NCBI GenBank assembly: GCA_044229975.1
Contig: JBGARZ010000016.1
Location: forward strand, 148,352-212,351
Length of the DNA: 64,000 bases
Source: Polyangiales bacterium
GTDB taxonomy: Bacteria > Myxococcota_A > Polyangia > Polyangiales > Ga0077539
Direction: 5' to 3'
The translations under genes were made by a program, and so were the position numbers. Positions 38,032 through 46,304 of the stretch are shown here, in pieces. A model generated the notes under the pieces. It made no database searches. It had not been told where the DNA came from and saw only the letters and a program-made list of their open reading frames with translations. How positions within the stretch are numbered: the first letter of the stretch is position 1; the number at the start of each line of letters is the position of its first letter.

Positions 38032-39375
38032 TCAGTTCGCCGCCGCCGCGCCCTCGACGCGCGCCTTCGCGCCGAGCGGGATCGTCGCGCGCACCAGCGT
38101 CCCCCCCGTCGATGCGGCGGTGACCGAAAGCTCGCCCCCGAGGCTCGAGACCCGCTCGCGCATCCCCACCACGCCTCGCCCCGGGCGGATGGGGCCGTGC
38201 TCGTCCGTCGCCCCGTCGTCGGCGATCTCCAGCGTGAGCGCGTCGCCTCGGCGCTCGAGCGACACCGACACGCTCGTAGCGCGGGCGTGTCGCGCGACGT
38301 TGTTGAGCGACTCCTGCGCGACGCGAAACGCCACCAGGCCCACCTGGGCGTCGGGCTCGGCGCCGAGGTCCACCGCCACCGCCACCGCGCACGCGGTGCG
38401 CTCGCGGTGGTGGCGGCCCAGCCAGTGGATCGCGCACTCCAGGCCCTCCTCGTCGAGGATGCGGGGGCGCAGCGACTCCAGGATCGCCCGCACGCTCCCG
38501 TGTGATCGCTCGATGGCCCCGGCCATGCGCTGGAGCCCCCCGAGCTGCCGCTCGTCGCGGGTGTACGCGCGCATCGCCTCGACCTCCAGCCGCAGGGCCG
38601 TGATCTCCTGGCCGAGGTCGTCGTGGAGCTCGTGCGCGAGGCGCCGCCGCTCGACCTCGAGCACCTCGTCGAGGCGCATCGCGAAGCTTCGGATCTCGCT
38701 GGTCTGGGCCTCGACGCGAGAGCCGAGCTCGGCGTTGAAGCGCTCGAGCTCTCGCCGCAGCCGGAGCTCGTTGACCAGGGACTCCCGCTGAATGCGCGCG
38801 ACGATCACGGCGAGGAGGGTGAACATGAACACCAGGACCACGTTGTGGTTGCGAAGCAGGGGCGAGGTCTGCACCGCTACGATGCCCGCCGCGAGAACGG
38901 CGCTGTTGGCCACGGCCACGCCGTAGAACCACGTTGCCGGAAAGCGGATCGCGAACGGCGTCGCGAGCAGTAGTGGGGGGTACTGCCCCAGGTTGCCGTG
39001 GAGGGCCTGGGCGTTGATCGCCAACAGCGCGACGTGCGACAGCGCGATGAGGTTGATGATCGGGCCGATGCGGTCGGCGACGGCGCGCGCGGGGCCGCGG
39101 TTGATCGCCGCGCACAACAGCGCGACCGTGTACCCGATGGTGGCGGCCCCCAGGAGGATCACGGCGCCGTGCCGCCAGGCCCGCTCGAGCTCCGTGGTGA
39201 CCGCGATGCGCGCGTAGAACAACGTGAGGCCCGTATGCAGCGCCAGCACCACCGGGCCCCAGGCTCGGGCGCGCCTGAGGTTGATCGCGCGGTCCTGTTG
39301 GGCGAGCTCGGCGCGGGCCCCGGCGTCGAGCGCCCGCTCGGGGTTGAGCAGGAGGAGGAGGCGTTCGAGTCCCAT
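38032..39375 (-). CDS. Membrane sensor histidine kinase (HisKA_3 / NarX-UhpB type)
   Basis: Multiple TMs, ERRRLAHELHDDLGQ, LRPRILDEEGL, QESLNNVARHA, G.GVVGMRER. Confidence 0.92.
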   Translation of the reverse strand: MGLERLLLLLNPERALDAGARAELAQQDRAINLRRARAWGPVVLALHTGLTLFYARIAVTTELERAWRHGAVILLGAATIGYTVALLCAAINRGPARAVADRIGPIINLIALSHVALLAINAQALHGNLGQYPPLLLATPFAIRFPATWFYGVAVANSAVLAAGIVAVQTSPLLRNHNVVLVFMFTLLAVIVARIQRESLVNELRLRRELERFNAELGSRVEAQTSEIRSFAMRLDEVLEVERRRLAHELHDDLGQEITALRLEVEAMRAYTRDERQLGGLQRMAGAIERSHGSVRAILESLRPRILDEEGLECAIHWLGRHHRERTACAVAVAVDLGAEPDAQVGLVAFRVAQESLNNVARHARATSVSVSLERRGDALTLEIADDGATDEHGPIRPGRGVVGMRERVSSLGGELSVTAASTGGTLVRATIPLGAKARVEGAAAAN

Positions 39376-39474
39376 GTCGAGGCGCCCGGTCACGGCCGCG
39401 ATGTTAGACCACATCTAGCGCGGTACCCCGGAAGGGTGGCGCCGTTGGCCCTCCAGCGTCGGGAGGGGTCAGCT

Positions 39475-40071
39475 CTAGGCGCCGGTGATTCCATGGCGTG
39501 CAGCGTACTGGGCTACGTCGAAGGTCGAGCGGACGCCGAGCTTCTCGCGCACGGCCTTCAGGTGTGTGCTCACCGTGCTCGGGGCCATCTCGAGATCCCA
39601 GGCGATCTCCGACGGGGTGAGGCCGCGGGCGAGGGCGAGGAACACCTCCCGCTCGCGCGCAGAGAGGCGCTCGTGGGGGAGCTTCGCCGCGGGGCCCTCG
39701 TGGGGCTCCGTCGCGCGCGTGTCGAGCACGGCGTCGCGCAGCGCCGCGAGCGGCTCGGACTTCGAGACGTACGCCGACGCCCCCGCCGCGAGGGCCCACG
39801 CGGCGTACTCCTCCGCGGGGTACATCGAGTAGATCACCACCCGCAGTCTGGGCTGCTGCGCGCGCACGTCGCGCAGGAGGTCGGTGCCTGAGCGCCCCGG
39901 GAGCGACAGGTCGAGCACCAGCACGTCCCACTCGCTCCGCGCGGCGAGTTCGAGCACCGCGAGGCCGTCGCCCACGGAGCCAGCCCACGACAGCTCCGGG
40001 ATGGTGTCGAACCACGCGTGCAGCCCCTCGCACACGATGGCGTGGTCGTCGGCGACGAACACCCGGATCAT
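39475..40071 (-). CDS. NarL/LuxR family response regulator
   Basis: VADDHAIV, LDLSLPG, LSAREREV...STVSTH. Confidence 0.93.
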   Translation of the reverse strand: MIRVFVADDHAIVCEGLHAWFDTIPELSWAGSVGDGLAVLELAARSEWDVLVLDLSLPGRSGTDLLRDVRAQQPRLRVVIYSMYPAEEYAAWALAAGASAYVSKSEPLAALRDAVLDTRATEPHEGPAAKLPHERLSAREREVFLALARGLTPSEIAWDLEMAPSTVSTHLKAVREKLGVRSTFDVAQYAARHGITGA

Positions 40072-40334
40072 CCGGCGCTCCGCGTCGGGAGCGCCACCGA
40101 CAACCGGGTGCCCGCCGGCACGACCCCGTCATCGTCGAGCATGCGCGGGCGCAGCGACTCCATCTCCAGGCGCATGGCGGTGAGCTCCTGGCCGAGGTTG
40201 TCCTGGAGGTCGCGGGGCCAGAGCGCGACGGTGAGCGCGTCGCCCGCGAGGCACACGGTGCGGGAGAGCGCCCGGCTCTGCGCGTCGGCGACCGTCGCGA
40301 AGTCGTCCGGGGCGCTGGCTTCGTGGTGGGGCAT
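40068..40334 (-). pseudogene. Internally deleted histidine kinase remnant
   Basis: RDLQDNLGQELTAMRLEM | ESLRPRMLDDDG | GTRLSVALP fused in frame; stop overlaps the regulator ATG. Confidence 0.7.
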
Positions 40335-40410
40335 CGGCTCGTGGGGGATTGGGGTGTAGATCCCGCGAATCCTCGACCGCTGTCAACGCGGGCCGGGGAG
40401 TCGCCGTCGA

Positions 40411-40716
40411 TCACATGGTGGGCGCGGGCACCGCGAAGGTGGGGAGCGCGCGGGTGGTGGCGGTGATGGTCAAGGTGGTCATCTGCCCGACGGTGCTCAT
40501 CGGCGCGTAGCCCGCCTCGTTGCTGCCGACCACGAGGCCCTGCACGTCGCCGCTAAGCATGGCCTGGTTCAGTCGCGAGGTGAACTGGTTCCCGTCGACG
40601 TCCGAGAGCACGGAGGTGATGATCACGGGCTCGCTGAAGCGCACCCGCGCGATGAGTCCCCAGTAGACCGTGCCGTCCCCCCGCGGCGGGAGGTGCGCGA
40701 AGGCCGGAGCGGTCAT
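40411..40716 (-). CDS. Small hypothetical protein or gene fragment
   Basis: 101-aa ORF with GC3 bias, directly after the Uma2 stop. Confidence 0.45.
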   Translation of the reverse strand: MTAPAFAHLPPRGDGTVYWGLIARVRFSEPVIITSVLSDVDGNQFTSRLNQAMLSGDVQGLVVGSNEAGYAPMSTVGQMTTLTITATTRALPTFAVPAPTM

Positions 40717-40727
40717 CGGCGCGAGGC

Positions 40728-41119
40728 TCAGCCGGTGCGACCGGTGAGCGCCTCAAGCCGCGTGCGTAGCTGGGCCACCTCGGCTTGGGCCGCCTCCTTC
40801 GCCGCGCGTTCGGTCTCCTTCGCCGCGCGCTCCTCCTCCGCCACCGTCAACCACAGCCTCTCGCCCGCCTCATCGTCGGCGATGCGCAGCCGCTGGCCTT
40901 CGTCGGTTACCACCAGCCACGCGCCGAGCTCTTCCGAGTACGCCGGACCGTCGCCCGTGTACTCCAGCCGAAACTCCTCCGTTCGCGTGCGACGCCACAC
41001 CTGCAACGCCCACGGCCCGCCCATCACCCCACGGCCACGCCGCTCGGGGTCGAAGATCCACAGCTCCCGCGTGCCGCTCGCGGCGTACTTCAGCGGGCCC
41101 TCGTTGTAGTCCTTCTTCG
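40728..41119 (-). pseudogene. Uma2-family gene, 3' part (N-terminus replaced by mini-element)
   Basis: Starts at KKDYNEG, keeps the coiled-coil tail and stop; 40889-41119 duplicates 35009-35239 with 2 mismatches. Confidence 0.85.
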
Positions 41120-41253
41120 GCTCATAGGAGATCCAACGGGGGAGCCTTGCTGGCACGGATCCACCGGAGCTTACAGATCGCCCAGACCGCGAAGTACAAC
41201 TCGGGCGGACGACGTGTACCGAGCTCCCGTTGCCCCCGCTGGAGAGCTCGCTG
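41120..41253 (-). mobile_element. 134-bp mini-element copy 2
   Basis: Minus-strand CAGCGAGCTCTCC...CCCCGTTGGATCTCCTATGAGC joined directly into Uma2 coding sequence. Confidence 0.8.
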
Positions 41254-41391
41254 GCGAGGTCAGCGTCGTCGTGCAGTGATCGCGTAAGGTCAGCAGGCGA
41301 TGGTTCGGCCGACGGCTCGTCCTTCGCGGGCGACAGACCGAGGATCACGAACTGGTCGGAGCGCTTCGGCAGAAGGCTAAGGAGAACAAGC

Positions 41392-42000
41392 ATGATCGCA
41401 GCTGATTGGGTCGCACGGCTCCGTGCGTACGTCGCCGAACGGAACCTCGCGCGCCCGGCTCTCGACGACAACGCGCTCAACGCCCTGGAGCGCTGGCAGT
41501 ACCGGATCCACGGCGGGTTCATGCAGACGTGGCTGCGGAAGCACGGCCCGCAGATGCTCAACGAGCGCGCGGCCTTCGCCGAGCTGCAACGGCGCGTCTC
41601 CCCCAATCCCGTCGTCGTTGCGCACGGCGACGTCCCCTTCGCGGTGGCGATGCGCGTCCTCGTCGGGGACGCCGGCCTGCGCGGCGAAGGGCGCGTGGTC
41701 GTCCTCCTCGACGACGAGTACGAGCGGTTCATGGCGGCGAACCCCGAGGCGGGCGCCGACGACGATCGCGAGTTCGACTTCCACGTGTCGACGTGGTCGC
41801 GGTTTGCGCCAGCTCCTCCGGCTCTGCTCGAACGGGCGCGTGAGCTTGGCAAGGCCATCGACCCGTCGGGCGCGTACCTGAATCACGTCAACGGCACGCT
41901 GTGGGCACCGCGCTGCGGGTTGCAGGTCGAGAACCTCTGGTCGTGGAACGGCACCGAAATGCACCTCATCGAGGAGGGCATTGCGCACGTTCGCTACTAG
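41392..42000 (+). CDS. Hypothetical protein (cargo)
   Basis: AGGAGA RBS, ATG, 202-aa protein-like ORF. Confidence 0.75.
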   Translation: MIAADWVARLRAYVAERNLARPALDDNALNALERWQYRIHGGFMQTWLRKHGPQMLNERAAFAELQRRVSPNPVVVAHGDVPFAVAMRVLVGDAGLRGEGRVVVLLDDEYERFMAANPEAGADDDREFDFHVSTWSRFAPAPPALLERARELGKAIDPSGAYLNHVNGTLWAPRCGLQVENLWSWNGTEMHLIEEGIAHVRY

Positions 42001-42022
42001 AGCGGCGGGCGGCCGGACCGCG

Positions 42023-42547
42023 TCACTTCGCCCAGATCCGATAGACGGCCCGCTCGAAGCGGCCGAACTGCACCCGCACCTGCTCGCCCTCGCGCAGCCG
42101 CTCGAACGCCCCGCCGCTCGGGTGCAGCGCCTCGCCCGCCACCGTCGCGCAGTACATCACACCGCCCTTCCCGGTCGGGATCGTGCGCAGGTCGCTGACC
42201 GTTCCCTCGGCGATGCGCCGCGTGATCAGCAGGTCGAGGCCCATTCCCCCGCCGCTCTTCAGCAGCACCCACGCGAGCCACAGGCCGAAGACCTCCGCCA
42301 CCACCATCCCCAGCACCGAACCGACCGCCGCGAGGTGACGTCCGTCGCCCCACCGCCGCGCGATCTCTGCGAAGGGCAATCCCATCACGATCGGAACCGT
42401 CGCCCCCGCGAGCAGCACCGCCCCGAAGGGCACCATCATCAGCGCGCCCATCACGTCGAAGAACACCCATCCCACGCCGCGCGACCACACGAGCTGCCAG
42501 CGGTCATCCGGCGTCGCAGCCTCGCGGTAGCGGTCAGCCTTCTGCAT
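42023..42547 (-). CDS. Small membrane protein (cargo)
   Basis: Hydrophobic segments then short beta-rich tail; start MQKADRYR. Confidence 0.7.
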   Translation of the reverse strand: MQKADRYREAATPDDRWQLVWSRGVGWVFFDVMGALMMVPFGAVLLAGATVPIVMGLPFAEIARRWGDGRHLAAVGSVLGMVVAEVFGLWLAWVLLKSGGGMGLDLLITRRIAEGTVSDLRTIPTGKGGVMYCATVAGEALHPSGGAFERLREGEQVRVQFGRFERAVYRIWAK

Positions 42548-42570
42548 CGGCGCCGACTCTATCCCCAAGC

Positions 42571-43725
42571 TCACATCACGTTGCGTTCGCGGTAGGCATC
42601 TTCGAAGTCCTGACTCCAGCCGGGCCGATGTGGCGTCGCGCGGATGCCTTGCGCGACGCCGAAGTAGAGGTGCGCGAGCATCGCGACCGCGGCGACTTCC
42701 CAATGCGGGACGTGCAGGTTGGCCACGTCCGCCAGGCGGACCGCGAGGTCGTCCACGCAGGCCGTACGGCGCCGGAGCCACGGCGTGAGACTCGCTTCCA
42801 CCCAGCGGTCGTACTCGACGACTGTGGTCGGGGCGGGCGCCAGATCGTCGCGTCGCAGACACGCGTCGGAGGCCCGCCGTGCCAGTCGGAACTGCGCCTC
42901 CGCGAAGGCCGCCAACCGGATGCGCCCATCGTCGTCCGCGATGTTTCCGTTGGCGTTGGTGTGGTCGATGCCCGACTCGGTCATCACGTTGAAGGGCGAG
43001 ACCACGCCCATGGAGCCACCTCGTCGGCGCGCCTCGCGCTCCTCCGCCCGTACGCGCTCGGCTTCGCGTCGACGCTCCGCGCGAGGGTCCACCATCCCCA
43101 GCGCCGCGAACGCGACGGGCCACCGCGCGTCGGCCGCCTCCCAGCTCCGCGCCGCGCCCCTGAGATCGCCCAGCGCCTCGTACGCGCGGCCGAGCCCCAC
43201 CAGCGCCCGCGACTGCACCAGCCACTGCGACCGCGCCGGGAACCGCCGCGCGAGCGCGTCGTACCATTGGCTCGCCTCGGTCCATTGGTGACCCGCTTCG
43301 AGCGCGGCGCCCACCGTGAAGGCCGTCTCGACGGCCGCATCGCGCGACGCGACGAGCTGCCACCGCGCGTCGGCCTGCGCGCGCGACAGCTCGCCCAGCG
43401 CGATGCGAAACTCCACCGCCCGCCCCATCGCGACGACCACGCGGTCATCGGACGAGTGCTCAGCCGCGCGCTCGATGAGCTCGGCGGCGCGGGCGAAGTC
43501 GCCGATGGCCTCGTGGTCGGCGGCCAGCGCGAGCTCGTTGTCGAGCGATCGGGCGTCGCGGGGACACTCCAGCAGCGAAGTGCGCAGGGCGATCGCGGCG
43601 CCGGGCCGGTGGGCCTGCTCGGCGCGGAGGGCGCGTTGGTGGTCCGCCGCGTCGCACGCACGAGTGACGCGCGGGACGAGCGACAGCAACGACAGGACGA
43701 CGACCGTACGAAGCGAGGGGCTCAC
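42571..43725 (-). CDS. Exported TPR-repeat protein (cargo), possibly C-terminally truncated
   Basis: Signal peptide, repeated Ala/Leu TPR-like helices (ALVGLGRAYEALGDLRGA). Confidence 0.65.
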   Translation of the reverse strand: MSPSLRTVVVLSLLSLVPRVTRACDAADHQRALRAEQAHRPGAAIALRTSLLECPRDARSLDNELALAADHEAIGDFARAAELIERAAEHSSDDRVVVAMGRAVEFRIALGELSRAQADARWQLVASRDAAVETAFTVGAALEAGHQWTEASQWYDALARRFPARSQWLVQSRALVGLGRAYEALGDLRGAARSWEAADARWPVAFAALGMVDPRAERRREAERVRAEEREARRRGGSMGVVSPFNVMTESGIDHTNANGNIADDDGRIRLAAFAEAQFRLARRASDACLRRDDLAPAPTTVVEYDRWVEASLTPWLRRRTACVDDLAVRLADVANLHVPHWEVAAVAMLAHLYFGVAQGIRATPHRPGWSQDFEDAYRERNVM

Positions 43726-43823
43726 CGACCGTCCAACGGCGGGCGCGGCGTGGTTGTGACCGGCGCTCTTCGCGACCGACGCGGCGCCCTCGCTCCAACA
43801 CAGCGGGTACCCGAAGAAGCTCG

Positions 43824-43957
43824 GCTCACAGGAGATCCAACGGGGCAACCTTGCTGGCACAGATCCACCAGAGTTTACAGATCGCCCAGACCGCGAAGTC
43901 CAACTCGGGCGGACGACGTGTACCGAGCTCCCGTTGCCCCCGCTGGAGAGCTCGCTG
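43824..43957 (-). mobile_element. 134-bp mini-element copy 3, about 105 bp downstream of the transposase stop
   Basis: About 7 mismatches to copy 2 by eye; preceded by GCGTTGGATTCGGT|CAG. Confidence 0.8.
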
Positions 43958-44061
43958 ACCGAATCCAACGCCTCGCACCCGGCGCGCGCTCCCCTCCGCG
44001 CGCACCGCGGCCTTCATCGTCCCGTCAGCGACGGTCAACGGCTCCCGGCCCACCCCCTCGC

Positions 44062-44680
44062 CTACAACCCGGCCGGCGGCCCGTCGCGTACGCGTCTCAT
44101 CCGCGGCACCTCGGTCGAGACGCCGAGGTGCTCCAACACGCGCACGATGCCAGCCCGCTCGATGAGCGCTGCGATCATCTTCATTCGCCCGCCGCACGCC
44201 GGGCACGCGAGCGCGTCGATGCCCCACACACGCCACAAGAGACGCGCCCACTCGATGCGCCCGCTCTGCGTGATCGCGTCGCTGTTGCCGCGACGCTTCG
44301 ACTCGCTCACTGCGCCCCTGGCGTTGACGTTCTCCGGCCGCTCCATCGCCGACACCGCCGGCGCCGTCGTCGCACACGGACACCCGGCGTCGGCCACCGG
44401 CGGCGGAACCACCGCGACGCGCCAGGGAGAATTCGGCGCGAGCACGCCGTGGTACCTCACCAGCGGCGTCCGCGGCGGCGGCACCAGCGCCGCCAACCGC
44501 GCCATGAACTCCATCGGCGTCATCACCCGGTGCGTCGCCCGGCGCTCCGCGGCGACTTCACCCGGTAGGCCACGTTGCCGTCGGGCAACACGCTCACCCG
44601 ACCGCTCGCCACCGCTGGGCGCGCCATGTACCGGCACAGCCGCTCCAGCGCCGTGCGGTCGTCTGCCGCGGCGCGCATCC
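44062..44680 (-). pseudogene. IS91/ISCR-family rolling-circle (Y2) transposase, C-terminal remnant with frameshift
   Basis: DDRTALERLCRYMARP, EFMARLAALVPPPR..LVRYHGVLAPNS, WARLLWRV..IDALACPACGGRM; frame change at ~44539; no N-terminal HUH part seen. Confidence 0.88.
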
Positions 44681-44830
44681 GCCGCGTCGACAGGTCACCG
44701 TCGTGGACTGCGAACGTGACCGCCGCGCGCCGCGCTGACGCCGCGGCGTGGGCCCCGGGGACCGGGGCCGTGGCAGACCCGCGTCGCCTACTCCGAACGT
44801 CAGCACCTCGGCGTAGCTTCGTGACGGCTC

Positions 44831-46291
44831 TCACTGCGGGTTTTCGATGAGGACGCCGAGCAGCTCCAAGATCTCGCTCGACGTCGTCTTCCCCGCCGGC
44901 GGGTTGCCTTCCCCGTCGCGCGCCGTCGGGTCGGCGCCTGCCGCGAGCAGCGCTCTCACGATCTCGACGTGACCGCGCGCGACTGCGGTGTGCAGTGGCG
45001 ACACGCCCTCGATGTTCACGGGCACGCCGTGCGCGAGAAGCGCCTTCGCGGTGCCGACCGCGCCGGTGTGCGCGGCGTACGTCAGCGCGTTCCAGCTCCC
45101 CTGCGTGTCGCTCGGATTGGCGCCGCGCGCGAAGAGCAGCGCCAGAAGGGGGCCCGGAGCGCGAGACCGCGCGGCGAGCAGGAGCGGCGTCCAGCCGGTG
45201 TCGTCCTTGAGCCGAACGTTCGCGCCGGCGCGCACGAGGGCTTCGGCGGACGCGAGCTGCCATGTCCCACCCCACGCGAGAGCGTCGTGCAGAGGTGTGT
45301 CGTTCGAAGCGTCGAGCGCGTCGACGTCGGCACCGCGCCGCAACAGAAGCGCGATCACCTCTTCGCGTGAGCGTGCACGCGCGCCCACCGACGCCGATAC
45401 GCTCGTCTCCGCGGCCGCCAGGATGAGGTTTGCGATCGGCCTCGGTTCGCCGACGGCCCAATGAAGCGGCGTCTTGCCCGCGCCGTCGCGAAGATCGACG
45501 CTCACGTCGGCATCGAGCTGCGCCGCGACACCGGCGACGTCGCCGTTCGCTGCGAGCGCGTGGATCGGCGCACCGAGACCGTTCGGGTGTGCGGCGTCGA
45601 TGTGTCGGTACAGGGCGGCCCCTGCTTCGAACTCCTCGCGCCGAAGTGCGAGTTCGAGCGCCGTCTGGTTGCAGTCGCCGTCGCGAAACCAGACATCCGC
45701 GCCGTGGTCGAGGAGCAGAGTCAGGACGCCGACGTGGGTATCACGCGCGGCGTAGTGCAACGGACGACCGTGAAAGTCGCCGAAGCGATTGGGATCGGCG
45801 CCGTGGGCGAGGAGAAAGCGAACGAGCTCGAGGTCGTTCGCGTCGACCGCGAGGATCAGCGGTGACTGCCTCCCGAGACAGTCGCTGACGTCACCCGCGA
45901 CATCGAGCGCGGCGCCGCGGTCGACGAGGTAGCACGCGACCTCGCGCGCTCCGTGCGCCACCGCGAGAACCAACGGCGTCGACCCGGTCTCTTCGTTCAG
46001 GACGTCGACCTTCGCCCCTGCTTCGACGAGCAGCCTCACGATTCCGAGGGTCGAGTCCTGGGTCGCGGCGTTCACGAGGGGCAGATCGCCGAACTCCGCC
46101 GCAGGGTTCGGATCGGCGCCGCCACGAAGTTGCGCCGCGACAGCAGCTTCGTCCTCGTCGACGACGGCTTGGAGAAGCTTCTCGGCGGAGTCGGCGGCCA
46201 CGAGTGACAGCGTACCCGCGATCAGCCGCGATTTCGCTTCGGAGGACGGGCGAACCGGCTCGCCTCTGGTTGCCCCGCGGGCCCTCGCCAC
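44831..46291 (-). CDS. Ankyrin repeat protein
   Basis: Many TPLH/GADPN/GADV repeats; start uncertain. Confidence 0.9.
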   Translation of the reverse strand: MARARGATRGEPVRPSSEAKSRLIAGTLSLVAADSAEKLLQAVVDEDEAAVAAQLRGGADPNPAAEFGDLPLVNAATQDSTLGIVRLLVEAGAKVDVLNEETGSTPLVLAVAHGAREVACYLVDRGAALDVAGDVSDCLGRQSPLILAVDANDLELVRFLLAHGADPNRFGDFHGRPLHYAARDTHVGVLTLLLDHGADVWFRDGDCNQTALELALRREEFEAGAALYRHIDAAHPNGLGAPIHALAANGDVAGVAAQLDADVSVDLRDGAGKTPLHWAVGEPRPIANLILAAAETSVSASVGARARSREEVIALLLRRGADVDALDASNDTPLHDALAWGGTWQLASAEALVRAGANVRLKDDTGWTPLLLAARSRAPGPLLALLFARGANPSDTQGSWNALTYAAHTGAVGTAKALLAHGVPVNIEGVSPLHTAVARGHVEIVRALLAAGADPTARDGEGNPPAGKTTSSEILELLGVLIENPQ

Positions 46292-46304
46292 GACTCTGTG
46301 CGCT

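Noticed and set aside
40728..41858. 376-aa ORF, and likewise 34710..35636 and 42571..43968, as genuine fusion proteins
   Set aside because: They read through the non-coding mini-element (shared SELSSGGNGSSVHVVRP peptide) and antisense of another gene; no sign of a real domain
34826..43957. 134-bp repeats as CRISPR, integron attC sites or group II intron ends
   Set aside because: Repeats are too long and kb-spaced with no cas genes; no RYYYAAC/GTTRRRY boxes or IntI; no recognisable intron domain V. Position behind a Y2 transposase fits IS91-type ends better
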